From: Octopus vulgaris
Taxonomy: Eukaryota
NCBI GenBank assembly: GCA_951406725.2
Contig: OX597819.1
Location: 112,406,001 to 112,470,000 of the forward strand
DNA length: 64,000 nt
Direction: 5' to 3'
The position numbers were made by a program, and so were the translations under genes. Under the pieces are notes generated by a model. It saw nothing but the letters and a program-made list of their open reading frames with translations, did no database searches and had not been told where the DNA came from. Positions 54,666-64,000 of the stretch are shown here, in pieces (the stretch's first letter is position 1; every line of letters begins with the position of its first letter).

Positions 54666-56228
54666 GCATGTTCGAGGATGCTGGCTTTGCAGTAAAATGT
54701 ACAAATCCGCAACAGTTAAATAAGAAAATCAATAAATCAATAGAAGCACACTAGAGTTATTTCCCTTTAATCATTTCTTCTTACGTTACTTCTAGCTTTT
54801 CCTCTTTTCTTTTCTTTTACTTTTCCCTTCTCTCTCTCTCTCTCTCCCACTTTGTCTCTTCCTTCCTCACTGTCATGGACTCCCCCACACACCCACACAC
54901 ACGTACACACACACGCACATCTACCCCCCTCTCTCTCTCGCTGTCATGCGCACACACTCGCACGAGCACACATACACACACAATCTATTGCTTTTTACTT
55001 TCGTTCCCTTTCCCTCTCTCTCTCACACACACTGTATTTATCTTTCTCTTCTTTCTCTCCCTTTTCCTGTCTCTCTCCGTCCTCTCTTTCTGCTCTTTTA
55101 TTCCCCCTCCTACACCCACGACTTTATCATTTTCATCGAACAGTTATCTTGTTCTTTCTTTTCTTCTCTATTTTTTGTTATCCTCACAGTTTAATCTTTC
55201 TCATTTCTCTCTCTCTCTCTCTTTCCCTCTCTCTGTGAATTTTCTCTCGAATTTTCTTTCATTCTTTCTCTTCTCTTTCTTCTTCCTCCAGTGATCGTCT
55301 GCTTCTGTGTAATTGCTTATCAACTCTGTCTTTGTCAAACTCTCACCCTCTCTCTTTTTCACTCTCACACGTTCGCTCTTTCTCTCTTTCTCATGCCCCA
55401 CACTCTCTCTCTTTCTCTCTCTCTCTTTCTCATGCCCACACATTCTTTTTCTTTCTCTCTCTAACTCACACACTCTCTCTCACACTCACACTCTCTTTCG
55501 CACCCATTCACACTCTCTCACGCACACTCTCTCTTTCTCACACACTCATGCAGACACACACTCTCTCTCTTACACACACAGACGCACACATTCTCCCTCA
55601 TAAACTCTCTTTCTCACACACACACATACACATACACAGATGTCTCTGTATTACTTATTAGCCTTTATTTTCTCCACAGTTTTTCTATTAGATTACTTTT
55701 CCTTCACTAATTTTTCCTCTCTTTGGTCTTTTCTTTGTCTCTTTCTATTCTTTTTATATCTCTCTCCCTTTCTTTCTCAATTTCCTTTAAGGGCATAGTC
55801 ATGGAATGTAAGCTAATGTCCATGACTTTTTTCAGGGCATCCAACATTAATGAAAGCAACGAGAGAAGTTACCCTTACACCGGAAACCTGTCTCGGATGA
55901 TTGCATCCGGATGGACTCCACAGAAGACACCTGAAGATCAATTACCAAGTTAAACAGAGCAACGGATAAAGTCTACAATTAAAAAAAGAAAAAATGTGTA
56001 AAAACAGAAATGATTCCGCTGACAAGATTCAACACAGTCTTTATTTATCAAATTTCATGCAAAAAGCTTCGGTCGACACGGTCATGGAAATCGAACCCGA
56101 AACCAAATAGTTGTAAAACGAACTTCTTAACCACTCAGCCATGCCGGCACGCATGTCAGCGTGTGTGAGTCTCTCTTTCTTTTCCTTTTCTTTCTCTTTT
56201 TCTCTCCACCTCTGTCTCCTTTTCTCCT

Positions 56229-56280
<52 letters not shown>

Positions 56281-58197
56281 ATGTGATCGTCTGCTTTTGT
56301 TTGCTTACCAGCCCTACCCTTACTTTTTGTCAAACTCATTATCGCTCTCCTCCTGCTCCTCCTACGAATTTTGGTTCTTTCTCTATCTGCTAATTCCCTT
56401 TTCACTCACTCACTCACTCACTCACTCACTCACTCACTCACTCACTCACTCACTCAAACACTCAATCAATCAATCAATCAATCAATTACTCACTTCCCTC
56501 TTTCTCACTCACTTATTCAATTCTTTTTTTCTCTTTCTCTCCCTCCTTCTTTTTCTCACTCATTCGTTCTCTCTTTCTCCCTCAATCTAGCCCTTCCTCC
56601 CTCTCTCTTTCTTTCCCTCTCTCCCCTCTCTCTCCATCTCTCCCTCTTTCCTTCGTTCACTCACTCTCATTCAACTATTATAGTCGTCTGCTTGTTTTAA
56701 AATTCTCTCTTTTTCTTTCTGCATTACTCTCTCTTTTCTCCCCTTCCCCTCTCTCTCTCCCTCTCTCAGATTTTCTCTCTGTCTTAGTTTCATCCCCACC
56801 TCCTATTCTATCTCTCCCTTTATTTCTCCTTCCATTTTTATTCTCTTTCTTTCCCGAGTCTCGCTACTTCTCTCTCTCACTCTCTCTTTCTTTCGGTTCC
56901 TCTCTCTTTCCCTCTCTCTTCCATGCATGTTTATGTCAATTTGCCACTGCTTTCTCTCTCCCCCTCTTTCTCTCTTTATCTCTCTCTATCTATCAGTCAA
57001 ACTATCTCTCGCTCGCTCTGTCACTCTTTCATTATCTATATCCTCAGCTCTCACCCTTTAGTAGAAAATGCTAATAGTGGTGGTCATAGTGAAGGTGATT
57101 ACGATATTAAGGAAGATGGAAATAGTGGTAGAGATGATAGAGTTAATGATAACGATGGTTGTGGTGATGCTGATGATGATACTGATATTGGTAATAATGA
57201 TAATGGTGGTGGTGGTGGTGGTGGTGGAGACGATGACGTATGTGATAATGATGGCGACGACGTTGTTCCTCGTAATTATGACAGTGATGATGATAATGGT
57301 GATAGTGGTGTTGGTAGTACGTAGGTTGTGGTATTGCTTCTCCCAAAAAGTGGTAGTAATAACGATAACAAATGTGTTGCGGTTGTAGTTGTTAGGTTGT
57401 TATTTAGCCCCGCAGACAACCACATTATCAAAAGCGTTCCAGCCATGACCAAACAATCATTTGCTCAATATATCTACGACTACATCATTCCAATGTGTTT
57501 TATCTTCTTCCATAAAACGGTGGGTTGTAATTTGAGGGACATTTAGCTGCTATGTCTAGCAAGCCGAGCAACCATATAGAAGTTCTCTCAGTAGCTTGCT
57601 TGCTTGTTGTTGTCCAACTCTAGATCCGTCTTAATCAAAGTCGTTCAAGATGCAATCATCCAGTTTTATTTGTATGAATAGTCTGCCCCAGGCTATTTTA
57701 TCCAATGTGCCATTCATTTTTTCTGTACGGTAAGCTGTGGTTTAGAAGGTATTTGGTTGTTATTTCTAGCACGTAGAGGCAGTTTTTTTGGGAAAGAATG
57801 TAGTAACGTTGCTGGTGAATGTAATGTGTGGTGGGGGCAGTGGAGGTGGTTATGGAAGACGGTGATAGGAAATAAAGTGTAGGCTGTAGTGGGGGTGTGA
57901 TGCATAGTGATGATGACGGTGATGGTGACGGAGATGGTGATGGTGATGGTGATGGTGATGGTGATGGAGGTGGTGATGATGATGAGGATGGAGGTGGTGA
58001 TGCTGATGGTGATGGTGTCGGTGATGGTGATGGTGATGGTGATGGTGATGATGGTTGTTGCTTTATGTTAGAATAATACAAATACGGAGAGAGCGGAACA
58101 CACACATACATCCTCTAAACACACACACGAATACACACATACATACATACATACATACATACATACATACATACATACACACACAAACACGCACACA

Positions 58198-58279
<82 letters not shown>

Positions 58280-58296
58280 GAGAGAGAGATGGGCAA

Positions 58297-58350
58297 GCAG
58301 ACAGACAGGTAGATAGGCGGACAGATAGACAGGCAGACAGACAGACAAAC

Positions 58351-58441
<91 letters not shown>

Positions 58442-58503
58442 CAGGCAGACATACAGACAGACAAACAGATAGATAGATAGGTAGATAGATATATAGATAG
58501 ATG

Positions 58504-58564
<61 letters not shown>

Positions 58565-58577
58565 GTAGATAGATAGG

Positions 58578-58638
<61 letters not shown>

Positions 58639-59038
58639 GGATAGATAGATAGATAGATAGATAGATAATTGATATGTTGAAATAGACAGGAAAAATAACT
58701 GTTGTGTAAGGCTCTCTTGTGTATTTAAATAAGTTTAAATTATACACAATGTTGCCGGAAATCTCATATATATTCAACACCATGATCTTAGATTTCATTC
58801 CATACACACACACACACGCATGCGTGAACACAAACACACATACGCGCGCATGCACGCACTTGTATATATATATATATATATATATATACGCATGCATACA
58901 TTGTACGCAAATATGTGTGTGTGTATATATACATATACATATATATTAATTACACAGTATGCAGATGAGGTGATTAATCATACCTTGTGTATCGATACAT
59001 ACATACATATATACATGGGTATAGATAGACAGACAGAC

Positions 59039-59105
<67 letters not shown>

Positions 59106-59174
59106 CAGATAGATAGATAGATAGAAACAGATAGATAGATAGATAGAAACAGATAGATAGATAGACAGACAGAC

Positions 59175-59261
<87 letters not shown>

Positions 59262-59272
59262 CAGACAAACAT

Positions 59273-59349
<77 letters not shown>

Positions 59350-59400
59350 AACAGATAGATAGATAGATAGAAACAGATAGATAGATAGACAGACAGAAAC

Positions 59401-59464
<64 letters not shown>

Positions 59465-59465
59465 G
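58297..59465. repeat. Two (GATA)n/(GACA)n blocks (58297-58667 and 59020-59465)
   Basis: Direct reading. Confidence 0.93.
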
Positions 59466-59676
59466 GATGGAATATTATATAAACAAGAAAATAGTATATT
59501 GAACTTTATGAAATCTAGGCAAAGAAATTGTGTGGGTGTGAAAGACTAAGGGAGGTAACTCTTCTCTTCTTTATTTTTACCTTTCAGTATTAAATATTTG
59601 TTATGCAGCGAAATCCATGATTTAATACGCCCTGCGAGTTAATTTCAAACTGTCTTTGATAATTATTCTCTGACAG

Positions 59677-59836
59677 CCTTTATGTTCTGGATAGCGCCGC
59701 GGGCGATTAGGAGATTGTCAGCTTGTATAACGAAGCATTACCGGAAGCAAATAGATGAAAAGCATCCTACAGTAGACCGAATATCTGACTACAGCCGCTT
59801 GGTATCGAAGAAAAATGTGCGCACGCTACAAACAAG
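59677..59836 (+). other. Candidate 160-nt internal exon
   Basis: TTCTCTGACAG| acceptor, AAG|GTAAAA donor and one open frame (FMFWIAPRAIRRLS...NVRTLQT). No recognised homology. Confidence 0.25.
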
Positions 59837-60320
59837 GTAAAAACAACCAGCAATCAATCTCTATGAAAACTATGGAAACAGGAGAAAGCGAGCATCTATT
59901 ATTTGGGATGGATGATGGAAGCAGGTAATGAAAATGGAAATGTCTTAAATAGCTGAGAACTGGAATTTTTGTTTTATTATTATTATTTATTTTTTTTAGT
60001 TTCAAAACACGTGAAGCCAGTTACCCGTTTTCCATGGGGAGTAAGTGACCGAGGTCCCGAAAATCCCCACCTGAACGGGACGCTGGTTCGTTGCTGGATT
60101 TAAGCCCAGCAAATTTGAAGGGAGAAGACAGGTCGATTACATCGAACCTCCTTACTTGACTGGTACTTATTTGACGGACACCGAGGAGATGAAAAGCAAA
60201 GTTGAGCCTCGGTAGGTTCTGAACTCAGAACGTAAAAGAACTGGAAGAAATGCTGCTAAGCATTTTGTTCGACGCGCTAATAATTCTGCCCTCTCGCCGG
60301 AAAAGAAAAAAAGATAATAA

Positions 60321-60690
60321 TAACAAGAGCACTCAGAGAGTGCAAACCTCCGCCAAGGCAACACCAACGTCCTCTCAACGATTAGCCAGAGATGGTTTTT
60401 AAAATGAGAATATCTGAAATAAACTCGACTGCTCTCACAAACGATAATACTAAAAATGAACCCGAACGCTATCGAAAATTAAGTAAAAACCCGGAAAAAT
60501 AATCCAGAATCTTTGTCTGGTACCGGATCGATCCCAAAATCTAATCAGTTTGTGCTAGTCATGAAGCCAAACATCCCTGAAAGTTTCATCTAAATCCATC
60601 CAGGGGTTCTCGAGATATCTTGTCCACGGACAAACAAACAAACAAACGCGACTGAAAACAACACCTCCACCTTAGCGAAGGCGGAGGTAA
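60321..60690. mobile_element. Helentron/HINE-like non-autonomous element
   Basis: Subterminal ACCTCCGCC near one end and hairpin ACCTCCACC...GGCGGAGGT at the other; internal (CAAA)n. Confidence 0.55.
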
Positions 60691-61505
60691 TGATAACGTG
60701 AACGTAGTTCTAACGACACACAGTTACAGATCATTGGAATACCTAGATACTCAGTAAGATGTCTTTGAATGCAATAACTATACAATTTTGCTGACTGTTG
60801 CGATGTACAGTGACGAAGAAGTAAAATGTGTTTGGTTTCGACTGAAGAAAATGTTGCTGAGTGTCAGGTGAACTCATTTAGTGAATTGGCTGAATCGTTA
60901 GCGCATCCAATTAATAGACCTCGCAGTATTTGTTCCGACTTTGCGTTCTGAGTTCAAATCCTACTGAAATCAACTTTCCCTGTCATTCCTTCGGGATTGG
61001 TCACAGAATAAAAAAATATGTACCGGTCATCGGGTTGGTGTATCAAATACTTTTTAGCATTTGTTTTGGCTCTTTGCGTTCTGAGTTCAAATCCATATCA
61101 GGCTGACTTGTTTATCATACATTCGGGCTCGATAAAATAAGTACCAATCCATGATCAGTGGATCAGTGGAACAACAAGAATGTCGGACTAGATGCTTTGG
61201 AGTGTATATTCCGGTTCTTTGCATTTTGAGTTCAAAATCCTGCCATAGATTATTTGGGTGGTAGACTTAATCCGCCTCCCAGTTGCTAACCACATCTTGG
61301 TGCCATAAGTGCCTTTAGTAGATTCTGTTTTGGGGCAAGAACCCGGTCCTTGTCACCATTTTAAAGATACCTTCCATTCACAAGCCTCCGTGGCTCTGCA
61401 AAGGATCGCTACTTTCTTCCTGACTAAAAGATTTAAAAAAAAAAAAGGCGTCCGTTTAAAGCTGGTGAACCACGACTGACCAAGGAAGGTATACAATACG
61501 CCGAC

Positions 61506-61741
61506 GGCGTTGAGCTGCCTGAAGCGTTAGCACACCGGGCGAAATGCTTAGCGGTATTTCGTCTGCCGTTACGTTCTGAGTTCAAATTCCGCCGAGGTCG
61601 ACTTTGCCTTTCATCCTTTCGGGGTCGATTAAATAAGTACCAGTTATGCACTGGGTCGATGTAATCAACTTAATCCGTTTGTCTGTCCTTGTTTGTCCCC
61701 TCTGTGTTTAGCCCCTTGTGGGTAGTAAAGAAATAGGAAAT
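61506..61741 (+). mobile_element. tRNA-derived SINE, family B, with 17-bp TSD
   Basis: AGGTATACAATACGCCG at 61487-61503 and 61742-61758. Confidence 0.9.
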
Positions 61742-61994
61742 AGGTATACAATACGCCGTGTAAATAATTTTCTTCTACAGGCACAGTATCTAAACTTTGT
61801 GTTGAGAGAAGAGTTGATTATATCGACCCCGGTGCTCAACTGGAACTTATTTTATCGACCCCGAAAGGATGTGAGGCGAAGTCGACCTCAGCGGACTTTG
61901 AACTCAGAACATTAAGACGGACGAAATGCTGATAACCATTTTGTATGGAATGCTAGCGATTCAGCCGGCTCAGTACTTTACACCTCGTAAATAA

Positions 61995-62389
61995 TCTTTA
62001 TATATAAAAGAGAGGTTGTGTGTATGTCTCCTAAGATTTAGATTCCTAACTACTCCCACATTTTGCGGTGCAGTTTAACCAAAACCGGGTATCTTATAGT
62101 TGTGATTCATATCGAGCTCTTCTGGGTATTAGCGCGCGTCTACGATGAGTCTACGATTAAAAAAAAAATTTCCATCATTTTTTTCCATTTTAATGCATTT
62201 TTTCGCTATTATATAAGGGAAGTAACTCTCTAAAAATGTCTACGATGAGTCAACGATTTAAAAAAATTTGCCATAATTTTTTTTCCACTTTTAATGCATT
62301 TTTTTGCTATTTTTTTGCTATAACTCTCTAAAAATGCTTATATAGTTATTTCCCTTACAAACCCGAGCAACGCCGGGCGATACTGCTAG
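61995..62389 (+). mobile_element. Non-autonomous Helitron (family of 22301-22614)
   Basis: A|TC...hairpin...CTAG|T, with an internal duplication. Confidence 0.85.
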
Positions 62390-62582
62390 TAATATATAAA
62401 ATAAAAAGAAATAAAATGAAAACCCAAAATTTGACAGTGCATGGAAACACTCGAATATATCGATTCAGTGTTTGACCAGTAATTTATTCTATCGGACTTG
62501 GAAGAATGAAATGCAAATTTTTTCTCGGCAGAATTAGTGTTTGATATGTTAAGTGGCGGAACAAATATCGCGAAGCATTTAA

Positions 62583-62930
62583 GGCGGCGAGCTGGCAGAA
62601 ACGTTAGCACGTCGGGCGAAATGCGTAACCGTATTTCGTCCGCCCTTACGTTGTGAGTTCAAATTCCGCCGAGATCGACTTTACCTTTCATCCTATCGGG
62701 GTCGATAAATTAAGTACCAGTTACGCACTGGGGTCGATGTAATTGACTTAATACCTATCACTGTTCTTGTTTGTCTCCTCTATGTTTAACCCTTTGTGGG
62801 TAATAAAGAAATAGGTATTTCGTCTGTCCTTATGTTCTGAGTTCAAATTCCGCCGAGGTCGACTTTGCCTTTCATCTTTTCGGGGTCGATAAATTAATTA
62901 CCAGTTGCGTACAGGAGTCGATCTAGTCGA
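62583..62930 (+). mobile_element. tRNA-derived SINE, family B, one head with two bodies
   Basis: Full unit, then GAAATAGG|TATTTCGTC re-entry into the body at ~62815. Confidence 0.82.
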
Positions 62931-64000
62931 ACAAATACTATAAGGCATTTTAGCCTGCAATTTTAGGGAAGGGGTAAGTCGATTGCATCAATCCCCTTTG
63001 ATCAACCGATACATATTTTATCGGACACGAAAGGATAAAAGGCAAAATCGATATCAGCGTAATTTGAACTCAGAACGTAAAGAACCATATAAAATACTGC
63101 TAAGCATTTTGTCCGACGCGCTAACGTTTCTACCCGCTCGCCGCTATAATTGTTTTAAATTTGCTACAAGGCCAGCAACTTTAGTGGGCCGGTATTATTC
63201 GATTACATCGCCCCAAATTCTAAATTGGTACTTATTTTATCAACCCCAAATACACACTTTCACGTGCACGAACCCATCCATCTTCCTCCATTCTTGGTGG
63301 AGGACTAAAATCCGAAGCGTTAATGCTCATCCTCTTCCTGTTTTTTAAGCTTTAAGCTAATACAATACTTATTCCAAAGGTATCCCTCTTGTATTGTCTA
63401 CTTTTTGTCTTTCTTTGTTCATTACACTTACACTTATACACGCAGGCACACACACACACTCATACACACACACACATACACAAAACATACATACACACCC
63501 TACTCACACATTCTTTCTCTAGACCTTTCCATTCTCCTCTTTCTGACGAAGACCCATGCTCAAAATGTTATACACCCACTCTCTTTCTCAGAAATGCCTG
63601 TCGCAAAGTGTGCTTCGTAAAAGATGGAAGTCTGTAGCAAGTATGTTGCGAGTGAAAGAACCTGTTTAAACGAGAATATAAAAAAAGGAGAAAGCAAAGT
63701 CTTCAGTGTGAGTATGTGGTTTGTGGGGTCGACCGCGTCCTCCGCTTCATTTTTTGTAAATCACTCATTCTCATTTAATTGTATATATTTTAATTGTTTG
63801 TTTATTCATACATTTCGTCTCATTCGATACCCTGACCCCAATGTTTGTTTTGTCTGTCCTCGTATCGTCCCTTCTTTTTCTCAACCTTATTGTGAATAAA
63901 GAAATACTTTCTCATATTATACTAAGCGTCACAGGCTAATGCATTCCATGTGTACGTCCTTTTGACTTTCGTTGGCTTATTATTTCAAATTTTCGATCTG

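Noticed and set aside
63591-63708. AG...GTGAGT-bounded exon-like segment
   Set aside because: Stops in all three frames and no independent support.

Overview
AT-rich eukaryotic DNA dominated by microsatellites and transposons. The SINE, RTE and microsatellite content suggests an octopus (coleoid cephalopod) genome; this is an inference. No intact host protein-coding gene is recognisable, and most listed ORFs are translated simple repeats. Recognisable remnants: RTE and CR1 LINEs, a truncated Tc1 transposase (47083-47773), a Gypsy integrase (39234-40095), a decayed Penelope-like element (PLE, ~33440-34400), three tRNA-SINE families, non-autonomous Helitrons and several MITEs. The main finding is a set of non-coding elements inserted into (TA)n that carry minimal type-I hammerhead ribozyme (HHR) folds. 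The clearest is 19795-21926: near-identical ~536-bp units arranged first in tandem and then as a fold-back that turns at HHR stem II, resembling a retrozyme or PLE pseudo-LTR. Two other HHR-like families occur at 21993-22298/51901-52102 and 32526/51107. A CpG-poor left domain and two spliceable minus-strand segments hint at the 5' end of a host gene running leftwards.
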